From Eubacteriales bacterium (lineage in GTDB: Bacteria > Bacillota > Clostridia > Oscillospirales > CAG-272), in assembly GCA_045613985.1 (NCBI GenBank), contig JAZLCA010000019.1, positions 28,345-92,344 on the forward strand: a DNA stretch of 64,000 nucleotides, given 5' to 3'. Under the pieces are notes generated by a model that ran no database searches, was not told where the DNA came from, and saw only the letters and a list, made by a program, of their open reading frames with translations. Made by a program: the position numbers and the translations under genes. Positions 20,061 through 30,507 of this stretch are shown in pieces (position 1 is the first letter of the stretch; each line of letters begins with the position of its first letter).

Positions 20061-20954
20061 TTACTTGTCCTCGTTTTCACGAGATTCAGCAGTAAAGCTG
20101 CGGTTTGTTTTTTTGCTTTCTTGCTCGGTAGCGCCGGTCAAAAGCAAAAACAAATCGTCTTTTAACGTACCGGAATTGTATCCGCGCTTCAAAATACCGT
20201 TATTGGCAATAGAAATAATACCGGTCTCTTCACTGACAACGATAACGACAGCATCACTCTGTTCGCTGATTCCTACCGCTGCGCGATGACGGGTCCCCAA
20301 TTCCTTGGGAAGCGCCGTACTCTTGGAAGAAGGCAAAATGCAGCCGGCCGCCGCAATCTTTCCGTCTCTTACAATAACGGCACCGTCGTGCAAAGGCGAA
20401 CGGTTGAAGAACAGGTTACCGAACAATTCGCAAGACATTTCTGCATTCAGTTCAATGCCTGTTTTGACATAGTCTCCAAGCTTGGTATTACGCTCAATGA
20501 CGATCAACGCGCCGCACTTTTCGCGGGCGAGATCAAACGCCGCATCTGAAAGAACGCCGATGGTTGCGGTGATATTAGCGACAGACTGATTGGGCGTTCC
20601 AAAATGTCTGAGTTGAAGAACAGACCCACCGATCTTTTCCAATGCATCACGGATCTCCCGCTGAAAAATGACGATAATAAATACGACATACATGCTAAAG
20701 AAGGCGCGCAACACCATATTCACCGTCCGCAAGCCCAACAGCTGCGTCAGTATGTAGAATCCGCCCAAGACAGCGAAGCCCACCAGCAGCGTCCACGCAC
20801 GGCGATCGCGCACAAAGCGGAGAATGTAGTAAATAATAACCGCCAGCAGCAAAATGTCAACGATGTCGCGCCAACCGATATTCCGTATCGGTTCCAATAT
20901 ACACGAAGAAAAAAATTCGCCTAGTTTATTCATAAAGGAGACTGCAAAGGTCAT
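20061..20954 (-). CDS. cdaA: Diadenylate cyclase CdaA
   Basis: Three N-terminal TM helices; FQREIR, SPLHDGA, GTRHRAA and VSEETG motifs. Confidence 0.95.
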   Translation of the reverse strand: MTFAVSFMNKLGEFFSSCILEPIRNIGWRDIVDILLLAVIIYYILRFVRDRRAWTLLVGFAVLGGFYILTQLLGLRTVNMVLRAFFSMYVVFIIVIFQREIRDALEKIGGSVLQLRHFGTPNQSVANITATIGVLSDAAFDLAREKCGALIVIERNTKLGDYVKTGIELNAEMSCELFGNLFFNRSPLHDGAVIVRDGKIAAAGCILPSSKSTALPKELGTRHRAAVGISEQSDAVVIVVSEETGIISIANNGILKRGYNSGTLKDDLFLLLTGATEQESKKTNRSFTAESRENEDK

Positions 20955-21061
20955 AGCAAAATCACCATCCTAACTTCAAAAATCCATATTTAAACGCCGA
21001 AAGCGTATGCAAAATTCCTCAAACAATGGGTATCGGGCGCACCAAGACACAGTTATTTTAT

Positions 21062-21090
21062 ATTATATCATATCTTCTGTACAATTTCAA
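21062..21090 (-). promoter_or_regulatory. sigmaA promoter of cdaA
   Basis: TTGAAA-17 bp-TATAAT with TGn. Confidence 0.7.
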
Positions 21091-21205
21091 CACATTTTAG
21101 GATTTTTTAAAACTATTTTTCACGGCATTTTCACGGCAAAGTAAAAAAAGAAGAGCCCGAAGCCCTTCTTTTTATTTGCATATGCAATTATGGTTTGTTC
21201 CGACA

Positions 21206-22210
21206 TTACAGGTCTTCACAAAGCGTGGCTGCCATGACCGCTTTGATGGTATGCATTCTGTTCTCTGCTTCATCGAAGATGATGGATGCTTCACTCTCGA
21301 AAACCTCGTCCGTGACCTCCATGCAGTCAAGTCCGAATTTGTCGAAAATTTCCTTTCCGGTTGCCGTTTTCAAATCATGGAATGCAGGCAAACAATGCAT
21401 AAAGCGGCACTGCTCACCGGCACAAGCCATCAATTCGGACGTCACACGATACGGCATCAAGTCCGCAATACGCTCCTTCCACACCTCTGAGGGTTCACCC
21501 ATGGAAACCCAAACATCCGTATATATAACGTGAGCCCCACGCACCGCCTGCCAAGGATCTTCAACGAACTCCAAAACGGCCCCGGTTTCCGCAGCAACAG
21601 CGCGGCACTGATCGATCAGATTCTGATCAGGAAAATACTTAGCAGGAGCACAAGCTACAAAATGCATTCCCATTTTGGCACAACCAACCATCAGCGAGTT
21701 ACCCATATTATAGCGAGCATCTCCCATGTAAACCAGCTTAATACCATTCAACGAGCCAAAATGCTCCTTAATCGTCATAAAATCCGCCAGAATCTGCGTA
21801 GGATGGAACTCGTTGGTCAAGCCATTCCACACAGGGACACCGGCGTGATTTGCCAGTTCTTCCACGATTTCCTGACCGTAGCCACGATATTCGATACCAT
21901 CGAACATGCGGCCGAGAACGCGTGCCGTGTCTGCAATACTTTCTTTTTTTCCGATTTGCGATCCAGCCGGATCCAAGTATACGGGATGCATGCCAAGATC
22001 TGCGCCGGCGACTTCAAAGGCGCAGCGAGTTCTGGTGCTGGTCTTTTCAAAGATCAACGCAATATTTTTCCCCTCGCACAAGCGATGCGCAACACCGTTT
22101 TTCTTTTTTGCCTTCAACTCAAGAGCCAAATCAATCAAGCCCCCGATCTGTTCAGGAGTAAAATCCAATAGCTTAAGGAAGTGCTTCCCTTTCAGTCCAA
22201 TCATACTCAT
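21206..22210 (-). CDS. argF: Ornithine carbamoyltransferase
   Basis: [22 protein letters not shown] and AENR motifs. Confidence 0.96.
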   Translation of the reverse strand: MSMIGLKGKHFLKLLDFTPEQIGGLIDLALELKAKKKNGVAHRLCEGKNIALIFEKTSTRTRCAFEVAGADLGMHPVYLDPAGSQIGKKESIADTARVLGRMFDGIEYRGYGQEIVEELANHAGVPVWNGLTNEFHPTQILADFMTIKEHFGSLNGIKLVYMGDARYNMGNSLMVGCAKMGMHFVACAPAKYFPDQNLIDQCRAVAAETGAVLEFVEDPWQAVRGAHVIYTDVWVSMGEPSEVWKERIADLMPYRVTSELMACAGEQCRFMHCLPAFHDLKTATGKEIFDKFGLDCMEVTDEVFESEASIIFDEAENRMHTIKAVMAATLCEDL

Positions 22211-22248
22211 GTTTCTCTCCGTAAATTGTTCATTTTTTAAAAATATTA

Positions 22249-23622
22249 TTATTCGATCATCTTCGCAACATATTCAATTTGTGCTTGAATCGACGCAGGC
22301 GACGTGCCACCCTCGGAATTTCGTTTTGCCACGCAGGTTGCAAGATCAATCTCTTCAAAAATATCCTCTTCGATCAAATCACTGAATGTACGGTACTCTT
22401 GAAGAGTCAGTTCTTCCAACACCTTACCCTCGGAAATGCATTTAGCCACTACCCCACCTGCAATTTTATAGGCAGAACGGAAAGGCATTCCTTTCTTAAC
22501 CAGATAATCGGCCAAGTCAGTTGCGTTGATAAACCCTTTTTGCGCAGCCTGCTTCATGTTGTCCTTCAACACAGTCATAGTGGCAAGCATCGGGATCAGC
22601 ACCTGCAAACACTGTACAACAGTATCCGCTGCATCAAAGACGCTCTCCTTATCTTCCTGCATATCCTTATTGTACGCCAACGGCAGGCCCTTGAGCGTCG
22701 TGAGCAGAGCTATAAGATCGCCATAAACTCGGCCGGTCTTGCCACGGATCAACTCGGCCATATCCGAATTTTTCTTTTGTGGCATGATAGAGGATCCTGT
22801 AGTATAAGCGTCGGAAAGCTCAACGAATTTGAACTCCCAACTGGACCAAAGAATGATTTCCTCTGAAAGTCTGGACAAATGCATCATCAAAATGGAACAA
22901 AAAGCCATAAATTCCGCGCAAAAATCACGGTCCGACACACCGTCAAGGCTGTTACGGCTGATATCGTTAAAGCCAAGTTGCTTCGCCTCAAACCAACGGT
23001 CTGTATCATACGTTGTTCCCGCCAGAGCACAGCAACCGATCGGAGAGACGTTCATGCGCTTGATGCAATCACGCAAGCGATCAACATCGCGCAAAAGCAT
23101 CATGGCATAGGCCAACAGATGCTGAGCAAACGTGATGGGTTGAGCTCTTTGCAAATGCGTATAGCCGGGCATAATCGTGTTCTTATGCTCCCGCGCCTGC
23201 TCGACAATAACACCCAACAATTCATTCAATTGAACGAGAATCCCCTCCGACACCGAGCGCAAATACATCCGCAGATCCAACGCAACCTGGTCGTTACGGC
23301 TGCGGGCTGTGTGTAGCTTTTTACCTACGTCGCCCAATCGTTCCGTCAGCACTTGCTCAACGAACATATGGATATCTTCACAGCTCATGTCGATCTCAAG
23401 CTTATCTGCTTCGATATCCTCGAGAATTCCCTCAAGTCCCGAAATTAGCTGTTCCGCTTCGTTTTGCGTAATGATACCGCGTGCGCCCAGCATAGCGGCA
23501 TGGGCCATGGAGCCGGTAATATCTTCGCGGTACATACGGGAATCAAAATGAATGGAAGAATTGAAATCGTCCGCGATACGATCCGTCTCGCCCGACGTTC
23601 TTCCCGCCCACATTTTAGCCAT
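22249..23622 (-). CDS. argH: Argininosuccinate lyase
   Basis: [18 protein letters not shown] and [11 protein letters not shown] motifs. Confidence 0.97.
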   Translation of the reverse strand: MAKMWAGRTSGETDRIADDFNSSIHFDSRMYREDITGSMAHAAMLGARGIITQNEAEQLISGLEGILEDIEADKLEIDMSCEDIHMFVEQVLTERLGDVGKKLHTARSRNDQVALDLRMYLRSVSEGILVQLNELLGVIVEQAREHKNTIMPGYTHLQRAQPITFAQHLLAYAMMLLRDVDRLRDCIKRMNVSPIGCCALAGTTYDTDRWFEAKQLGFNDISRNSLDGVSDRDFCAEFMAFCSILMMHLSRLSEEIILWSSWEFKFVELSDAYTTGSSIMPQKKNSDMAELIRGKTGRVYGDLIALLTTLKGLPLAYNKDMQEDKESVFDAADTVVQCLQVLIPMLATMTVLKDNMKQAAQKGFINATDLADYLVKKGMPFRSAYKIAGGVVAKCISEGKVLEELTLQEYRTFSDLIEEDIFEEIDLATCVAKRNSEGGTSPASIQAQIEYVAKMIE

Positions 23623-23685
23623 AATTTACTCCTTCATTTAGAAAACACCGCCCGCTCAGGACGGTGTTTTCCGTAATACGTCATA

Positions 23686-24912
23686 TTATTTCTTTGCGTT
23701 CTTGGCGTCAACCATAGCCTGAACCTTGATGGGCAGACCATAGAGGTTAATGAAGCCTGCACTGTCCTTCTGATCGTAATCAGACTCACCGAAGGTTGCA
23801 ATCTCTTCGCTGTACAAAGAATAATCACTCCAAACGCCTGCATTGATCATATTGCCCTTATACAGCTTGAGGCGAACCTTACCGGTAACCTTTTCCTGCG
23901 TCTTATCAACGAAGGCGGCAAGAGCCTCACGCAAGGGGGTGAACCACTGGCCGTTGTAAACCAACTCAGCGTAAGTAATGGCCAGCTTCTGCTTTTCATG
24001 CAACGTCATCTTGTCAAGGCAGATGCTCTCCAGAACGCTGTGTGCCTTGTACAGAATGGTTCCGCCGGGCGTTTCGTAAACACCGCGGCACTTCATGCCT
24101 ACCAGTCTGTTCTCGACGATATCAAGAAGACCGATACCATTCTTTCCGCCCAGTTCATTGAGCTTCAAAATGATGTTCTTGGCACTCATCTTTTCGCCGT
24201 CAAGTGCTACGGGAACACCTTGTACAAAGTCGATCTCTACGTAGGTAGGAACATCGGGTGCCTGCAAGGGAGAGACGCCCATCTCAAGGAAGCCGGGCTT
24301 TTCATACATAGGCTCGTTGCCCGTATCCTCCAGATCCAGGCCTTCATGAGACAAATGCCACAGGTTCTTGTCCTTGGAATAGTTGGTCTCGCGGTTGATC
24401 TTCAAAGGAACGTTGTGAGCCTCTGCATAGTCGATCTCTTCTTCGCGAGACTTGATATCCCACTCTCTCCAAGGAGCGATGATGGGCATATCGGGGCAGA
24501 AATGCTTGAGAGTCAATTCGAAACGAACCTGGTCATTGCCCTTACCGGTACAACCGTGACAAATGGCATCAGCACCTTCCTTGATTGCGATCTCAGCCAA
24601 ACCCTTGGCGATGCAAGGACGTGCATGAGAAGTACCCAACAGGTATTCTTCATAAATGGCACCGGCTTTCATACAAGGAATAATGTATTCATCTACATAT
24701 TCCTCGGTCAAATCCAACACGTACAGTTTTGATGCGCCCGTCTTGAGTGCCTTTTCTTCCAGACCTTCAAGTTCATCCGCCTGGCCAACGTTACCCGACA
24801 CAGCAACAACTTCACAATTGTTATAATTTTCCTTGAGCCACGGAATGATAATGGACGTATCCAAGCCTCCCGAATATGCAAGTACAACCTTTTTGATGTT
24901 TTCCTTATTCAT
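23686..24912 (-). CDS. argG: Argininosuccinate synthase
   Basis: [24 protein letters not shown] and RGVYETPGG motifs. Confidence 0.97.
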   Translation of the reverse strand: MNKENIKKVVLAYSGGLDTSIIIPWLKENYNNCEVVAVSGNVGQADELEGLEEKALKTGASKLYVLDLTEEYVDEYIIPCMKAGAIYEEYLLGTSHARPCIAKGLAEIAIKEGADAICHGCTGKGNDQVRFELTLKHFCPDMPIIAPWREWDIKSREEEIDYAEAHNVPLKINRETNYSKDKNLWHLSHEGLDLEDTGNEPMYEKPGFLEMGVSPLQAPDVPTYVEIDFVQGVPVALDGEKMSAKNIILKLNELGGKNGIGLLDIVENRLVGMKCRGVYETPGGTILYKAHSVLESICLDKMTLHEKQKLAITYAELVYNGQWFTPLREALAAFVDKTQEKVTGKVRLKLYKGNMINAGVWSDYSLYSEEIATFGESDYDQKDSAGFINLYGLPIKVQAMVDAKNAKK

Positions 24913-24924
24913 AGTAAACCTCCA

Positions 24925-24993
24925 CAGGAATAAAAATCCATTTGTTTCAAATGCAACGTCCTCAATTATACACGTTCCGCCTCAATTTGTCAA
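24925..24993 (-). promoter_or_regulatory. sigmaA promoter of argGHF with a possible ARG box
   Basis: TTGACA (24993-24988)-17 bp-TATAAT (24970-24965); GGAAT-AAAA-ATCCA at about 24927-24940 resembles the TGAAT-W4-ATTCA ArgR site. Confidence 0.6.
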
Positions 24994-25148
24994 TACCGTT
25001 TTCAAACATTTCTTCTTGTTTTTCAATTAAATTTTCCTCGTTTCGTTTTGTGTGTTTATTTATTCGCGATTTTATGCATAATATTCACTTCTTGGCAAAA
25101 TTTTAAAGAAAAAAAGCAAAAATCAGACAGAAAAATCAATCAAAAGTA

Positions 25149-25177
25149 TTGACATCGTTTGTTGTTTATGCTATAAT
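25149..25177 (+). promoter_or_regulatory. sigmaA promoter of the T-box operon
   Basis: Consensus TTGACA-17 bp-TATAAT with a TGn extension. Confidence 0.85.
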
Positions 25178-25194
25178 ATCGGCATATTTCAAAT

Positions 25195-25478
25195 ACTGTG
25201 AAGGAATTACGTATGGCACGTCAGATGTTGCAGAGAGTTGACGGTTGGTGTAAGTCAACACATCGGTACCTATATGGTCTCATTCCTGAGTAGAGCTTCC
25301 GAACTTTGCACCTTTCGCATCATTAAGAAGCTCCGGCAGCCCCGTTACCATGGCTGACGGCTTTATACGAGCCGAACAAAGTGATCGCCCTATAGGCGAT
25401 AATTTCGTGGGTGGTACCGCGGCATTTACGTGTCGTCCCTGAAGCAGATGCTGTATCTGCGTCGGGGCGTTTTTTTAT
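25195..25478 (+). ncRNA. T-box riboswitch leader with a probable Leu (CUC) specifier
   Basis: AGAGA (25232) and GGTG-TAA (25247) stem I motifs; AGGAA/TTCCT base of stem I with CTC-A at 25279-25282; T-box GGGTGGTACCGCG at 25409-25421; terminator with a U tract at about 25434-25478. Confidence 0.9.
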
Positions 25479-25505
25479 TACATCATTTCTCGGAGGTAAC
25501 TATTT

Positions 25506-26912
25506 ATGAAGCAAATTTTCATCAACGATGCTACCCTGTGCGGTAAGCGTATGGCAACCATGAGTTTCCGCGAAAAGTTGGAAATTGCTAAACTACTTGA
25601 TAAAATGAAGGTGGATTGTATCGATTTCGGCACAATCCAAAATGAAAAAACGGATCCCCTACTTGTCTCTACCATTGCCCCCCTTCTTGCGCACAGCAAG
25701 CTCTGCATTTCCGTTGGGTTAGAGGAACACGACGTTGTTGTGGCCGGAAAGGCCCTTTCCAATCTCGCAGCTGCAAGACTTGCCGTCACTCTCCCCGTTT
25801 CTACCGTTGGTATGGAATATACCTGCCACAAAAAGCCAACGGCCGTATTGGAAGCAGTGATCGCACAGATTGCGCGCTGCAAACAATATGCTTGCGAGGT
25901 TGAACTTTGCGCGCTGGATGCTACTCGCAGCGAACCCGAATTTTTACGGCAATTGATTGTTGCTGCCATCGAGGCGGGCATCACTCATCTCACACTTTGC
26001 GACAACGCGGGCCGCACGCTTCCCGAAGAAGCTGCCGCATTTGTCGCTGATACGCTCAAAAATTTACCCGCTCTTGACGGATTGACCGTGTGTGTTTCTT
26101 TTCCCAACCGTATGCAACTGTCCGTCGCTTGTGCCACCGCCGCTTTACAGGCAGGCGCTGACGGCGTAAAGACCGGTGTCGGCTGTGATGATTACACTGA
26201 TGTCGCTCCTTTGTCCGAGATTTTACGCGACCGTGGGGAGACTTTGGGATTCTATTGCTCACTGAACATGACTGAGCTGCACCGTTGCATCCGTCAAATC
26301 GAAACCCTCACCCGTCCGACAGGCGAAATGGCAGGAGCTGCCACCACCGGACTGGCGGCAGATAACGAAATCCTTTCGCTGGATAAAAACGATGATTGCG
26401 TTTCTGTTGCCCGTGCCGTCCGCAAGCTCGGCTACGATCTGAATCCCGAGGATGAAGCACACGTTTATGAGGCATTTGTGCGGGTTGCAGAAAAAAAGGC
26501 CGTCAATGCCAGAGAACTTGAGGCTATCATTGCAAGTACCGCTTTGCAGGTCCCGCCCACTTATCGTTTGGTCAGCTATTTGACCAACAGCGGTAACATT
26601 ATCAGCTCTTCTGCTCACATTCAATTAGAAAAGAACGGACAAATGCTGGAAGGAATCACCATCGGTGACGGCCCCATTGATGCTGCTTTTATGGCCATTG
26701 AGCAGATCATCGGACACCATTACGATTTGGATGATTTCCAGATTCAGTCCGTCACCCAGGGACATGAGGCTATGGGTAACGCTCTGGTTCGTTTGCGTAA
26801 CGGCGGAAAGATTTACTCCGGTAATGGCATTTCCACCGATATCATCGGTGCAAGTATCCGTGCATATTTGAACGCTTTAAATAAGATTGTCTACGAGGAG
26901 GCTGCAGAATGA
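25506..26912 (+). CDS. 2-isopropylmalate synthase (LeuA) homolog with a degenerate active site and an intact C-terminal regulatory domain
   Basis: DRE-TIM-like N-terminus, but TLRDGEQ reads TLCGKRM and HxHND reads SFPNR; regulatory-domain motifs GDGPIDA and STDIIGASIRAYLNALN are conserved. Confidence 0.85.
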   Translation: MKQIFINDATLCGKRMATMSFREKLEIAKLLDKMKVDCIDFGTIQNEKTDPLLVSTIAPLLAHSKLCISVGLEEHDVVVAGKALSNLAAARLAVTLPVSTVGMEYTCHKKPTAVLEAVIAQIARCKQYACEVELCALDATRSEPEFLRQLIVAAIEAGITHLTLCDNAGRTLPEEAAAFVADTLKNLPALDGLTVCVSFPNRMQLSVACATAALQAGADGVKTGVGCDDYTDVAPLSEILRDRGETLGFYCSLNMTELHRCIRQIETLTRPTGEMAGAATTGLAADNEILSLDKNDDCVSVARAVRKLGYDLNPEDEAHVYEAFVRVAEKKAVNARELEAIIASTALQVPPTYRLVSYLTNSGNIISSSAHIQLEKNGQMLEGITIGDGPIDAAFMAIEQIIGHHYDLDDFQIQSVTQGHEAMGNALVRLRNGGKIYSGNGISTDIIGASIRAYLNALNKIVYEEAAE

Positions 26913-29401
26913 AACTCTCCTTTTCCACCAAAGGCTGGCAACAGCTTGGCTGGCAACGTTTATATGAATTGGCGCGCGACGTCAAGCTCTCCGGCATGGA
27001 AATACATAATCCGCTCGATCCCGTGATGAGAGATCGGGTACTGGATACCCAAAACGTGCCCCTTTCCCGCCGTCAGTTGCAGGAGGCGGGATTACAGATC
27101 GCCTGCGTGGATCTGCCCGTTGATCTGACGGACGAGAGCGATGATTTCCTCGCCAAATTAGATCGTGCCATCACGGCAGCTGTGAATATGAGAACCTCTC
27201 ATATCCGTATTCACACCATGGCTTCAAGCGAAAACGGCAAGGTTCCCGAGACGACCATGTCTCTGTTGGCTCTCGCCCTGGATAAGGCTGAAAAAGCCAA
27301 TGTTACACTGTTACTCGAAACCGCAGGTATGTTTTCTGACACAAACCTGCTCAAAAACACGCTCGATATCTTTGCCAGCGATTATCTGGCGGCTCTTTGG
27401 GATATGCATAACACCTACTTTCTGTCGGGGGAGACGGCACAAATCTCCATTGAACATTTAGGAGCTTACGTCAAGCACGTGCATATCAAGGACGCACAGC
27501 CTATGGGCGACGGGCACCAGTATTGCCTGATTGGAAGCGGTACACTTCCCATTGAGGATATGATGCGCGCCTTGCGTTCAGTCAATTATGACGGCTTTGT
27601 TTCATTGGAATGGAATCCCGATTGGTTGCCCGATATCGATGATCCCGAGATCATTTTTTCTCATTTCGTTCACGTCATGAGCCGCTTCGATCCCACATCA
27701 CGCAAAAAAAGCACGCTCTTTTCCAACGCAACCGGCACAGGCGTATTCCCTTGGAAAAAGGACACTCTTCTTGACTGTACGTTCGCCGAGGTGCTGGATC
27801 GAGTGGCAGAAGAATTTCCTGACCAGTATGCTTTTCGCTATACAACGTTGGACTACACCCGCACCTATGCACAATTCCGTGACGATGTGGATGATTTTGC
27901 CCGCGTTTTGATATCCATGGGAGTACGCGCAGGACAGAAAGTAACCGTGTGGCTGACAAACCTGCCTCAATGGTATATTGCCTTTTGGGCAACGACTAAA
28001 ATCGGCGCAATACTAGTCACCATGAACACAGCATATAAGATTCACGAAGCAGAATACCTGCTTCGTCAATCGGATACGCACACCCTCATTATGATCGAGG
28101 ATTACCGCGACTCCAATTACAAGGCCATTATGCAGGAGCTTTGCCCGGAGCTCAAAACTACTCGTCCCGGCCAGCCCTTACATGCCAAAAAACTTCCCTT
28201 CCTTCGCAATATCATTACGGTTGGTTTCCGCATGGATGGTTGCTTGACGTGGGAAGAAAGTTTGACGCGAAAGAACCTGATTCCCGTAGAAGAGGTTCAC
28301 CGCATGGCCGCGGCTGTTAACAAAAATGATGTCTGCAATATGCAGTATACGTCCGGTACGACAGGCTTTCCCAAGGGCGTTATGTTGACACACTATAATG
28401 TTGTCAACAACGGAAAATATATCGGAGATCATATGGATCTTTCCACGGCTGACCGCATGATGATCCAAGTCCCCATGTTCCATTGCTTCGGCATGGTACT
28501 TTCCATGACCGCTTCCATGACGCACGGCGCTACTATGTGCCCGCTTCCCTACTTTTCACCCAAATCGGCACTTGCCTGCATCAACCAGGAAAAGATCACT
28601 GCATTCAACGGCGTTCCTACCATGTTCATCGCCATGATGCAACACGCCGATTTCGCCAAAACCGATTTTTCTCACATCCGCACGGGCATTATGGCGGGTG
28701 CCAACTGTCCCGCTGATCTGATGAAAAAGGCCGCAGACGTTATGAACATGAAGCAGATTGTCAGCGTTTACGGTCAGACTGAGGCAGCCCCCGGCTGTAC
28801 CATGAGTAGCTTCACCGATCCGCTCGACGTTCGTACCGAAACGGTCGGCTCTGCTTTCGCCAACGTCGAGTGTAAAATCATTGATCCCGAAACCGGCGAG
28901 GAATGCCCCATTGGTGTCAACGGTGAATTCGTTGCCCGCGGTTACAATATTATGAAAGGCTATTACAAAATGCCTGCTGCCACAGCGGCCGCTATTGATG
29001 CAGATGGCTGGTTGCACACGGGCGACCTTGCCGCGAAAGATGAAAACGGCAACTATCGCATCACGGGAAGACTCAAGGACATGATTATCCGCGGCGGTGA
29101 AAACCTTTATCCCAAGGAAATCGAAGAGTTTTTCTACACGCACCCCAAGGTACGCGACGTTCAGGTGATCGGCGTGCCGGATGAACGCTACGGTGAAGAA
29201 GCCATGGCTTGCATCATCCTCAAGGAAGGAACCGAGGCCACCATCGAGGAGTTCCGCGATTATGCCAACGCGCATATGGCCCGCCACAAAGTTCCCCGCT
29301 ACCTTGAGTTTGTCCGTGAATTCCCCATGAACGCCGCGGGGAAAATTCTCAAATATAAAATGCGCGAGCAAGCGATCGAGCGGCTCGGGCTCAAAAAGTA
29401 A
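26909..29401 (+). CDS. Fusion of a xylose-isomerase-like (AP endonuclease 2) TIM barrel and an AMP-forming acyl-CoA ligase
   Basis: About aa 1-260: LLLET, WDMHN, HVHIKD and VSLEW; remainder: YTSGTTGFPKG, YGQTE, WLHTGD, DMIIRGGEN and GKILK; ATGA overlap with the upstream gene. Confidence 0.9.
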   Translation: MKLSFSTKGWQQLGWQRLYELARDVKLSGMEIHNPLDPVMRDRVLDTQNVPLSRRQLQEAGLQIACVDLPVDLTDESDDFLAKLDRAITAAVNMRTSHIRIHTMASSENGKVPETTMSLLALALDKAEKANVTLLLETAGMFSDTNLLKNTLDIFASDYLAALWDMHNTYFLSGETAQISIEHLGAYVKHVHIKDAQPMGDGHQYCLIGSGTLPIEDMMRALRSVNYDGFVSLEWNPDWLPDIDDPEIIFSHFVHVMSRFDPTSRKKSTLFSNATGTGVFPWKKDTLLDCTFAEVLDRVAEEFPDQYAFRYTTLDYTRTYAQFRDDVDDFARVLISMGVRAGQKVTVWLTNLPQWYIAFWATTKIGAILVTMNTAYKIHEAEYLLRQSDTHTLIMIEDYRDSNYKAIMQELCPELKTTRPGQPLHAKKLPFLRNIITVGFRMDGCLTWEESLTRKNLIPVEEVHRMAAAVNKNDVCNMQYTSGTTGFPKGVMLTHYNVVNNGKYIGDHMDLSTADRMMIQVPMFHCFGMVLSMTASMTHGATMCPLPYFSPKSALACINQEKITAFNGVPTMFIAMMQHADFAKTDFSHIRTGIMAGANCPADLMKKAADVMNMKQIVSVYGQTEAAPGCTMSSFTDPLDVRTETVGSAFANVECKIIDPETGEECPIGVNGEFVARGYNIMKGYYKMPAATAAAIDADGWLHTGDLAAKDENGNYRITGRLKDMIIRGGENLYPKEIEEFFYTHPKVRDVQVIGVPDERYGEEAMACIILKEGTEATIEEFRDYANAHMARHKVPRYLEFVREFPMNAAGKILKYKMREQAIERLGLKK

Positions 29402-29427
29402 TCCGATAAGACAAGGAGAAAACAACG

Positions 29428-30498
29428 ATGGAAATCAGAATTGAAAGAACAAGCACACCTGCAAATAAGCCGGACAGTTCCAAATTGGGCTTTGGCCGCT
29501 ATTTTACAGATCATATGTTTATCATGGATTATTCGCCCGACCAGGGGTGGCACGACGCTCGCATCGTTCCGTTTGGCAACCTTTCTCTTCATCCTGCCGC
29601 TACCGTTTTTCATTACGGCGCCGAAGTATTTGAGGGTATGAAGGCTTACCGTCGTGCGGACGGCGTTGTGCAGTTGTTCCGCCCGATGGAAAACGTCAAG
29701 CGCCTCAACTCCTCCGCAGAACGTCTGTGTCTGCCCGAAATTGACGAGCAGGATGCGCTGGATGCGATCATGAAGTTCGTTGAAGTCGAGCAGGATTGGG
29801 TCCCCTCCAATCCCGGTACCTCGCTGTATTTGCGTCCTTTCCTGTTTGGTTCGGACGAGCAGCTTGGTCTCCACACCATTCAAAATGCCATGTTTATCAT
29901 TATTGCCTCCCCTGTCGGCAGCTACTACGCTGCAGGCATCAACCCCGTTCGCATTATGATCGAAACCGAAGACGTTCGTGCCGTCAAGGGCGGTACGGGA
30001 TATACCAAGTGTGGCGGTAACTATGCAGCCAGCAACCGTGCGGCAGCTCGCGCAGAACAAAAAGGATATTCTCAGGTATTGTGGCTGGACGGTATCCACC
30101 GCAAGTATATCGAGGAAGTCGGTGCGATGAACGTTATGTTCCGCATCGGTGATGAGATCGTCACTCCTGAATTGTCCGGATCTATTTTGCCCGGTATTAC
30201 CCGTAAATCCTGTCTGGACGTCCTGCGCGCCGAAGGTTATAAGGTCAGCGAACGTAAAATCAGCGTAGATGAGCTTGTTGACGCTATGAAAAACGGAACG
30301 CTTAAAGAAGCTTGGGGTTGTGGTACCGCCGCTGTCGTATCTCCCATTGGAGAATTGGCCTTTGGCGATATGAAGTATACGGTAAACAACTTTGAGATTG
30401 GCGAGATCACACACCATCTGTACGACACACTGACCGGTATTCAGTGGGGTAAGGTATCCGACACCTACGGCTGGACAGTCGAAATTCCCGCAAACTAA
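29428..30498 (+). CDS. ilvE: Branched-chain amino acid aminotransferase
   Basis: FGRYFTDHM, HYG..VFEGMKAY, LYLRPF, KCGGNYA, EEVGAMN and ILPGITR motifs. Confidence 0.96.
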   Translation: MEIRIERTSTPANKPDSSKLGFGRYFTDHMFIMDYSPDQGWHDARIVPFGNLSLHPAATVFHYGAEVFEGMKAYRRADGVVQLFRPMENVKRLNSSAERLCLPEIDEQDALDAIMKFVEVEQDWVPSNPGTSLYLRPFLFGSDEQLGLHTIQNAMFIIIASPVGSYYAAGINPVRIMIETEDVRAVKGGTGYTKCGGNYAASNRAAARAEQKGYSQVLWLDGIHRKYIEEVGAMNVMFRIGDEIVTPELSGSILPGITRKSCLDVLRAEGYKVSERKISVDELVDAMKNGTLKEAWGCGTAAVVSPIGELAFGDMKYTVNNFEIGEITHHLYDTLTGIQWGKVSDTYGWTVEIPAN

Positions 30499-30507
30499 GG
30501 AGCTATC

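Noticed and set aside
25050-25090. Additional ARG boxes upstream of the argG -35 element
   Set aside because: The half-sites (TGCAT, ATTCA) are spaced by 3 bp rather than 4, in AT-rich DNA, which is too weak to call.
25506-26912. Calling this gene a functional leuA or a pseudogene
   Set aside because: The catalytic residues are absent, so it is not a normal leuA. The frame, RBS and regulatory domain are intact, so it is not evidently a pseudogene.
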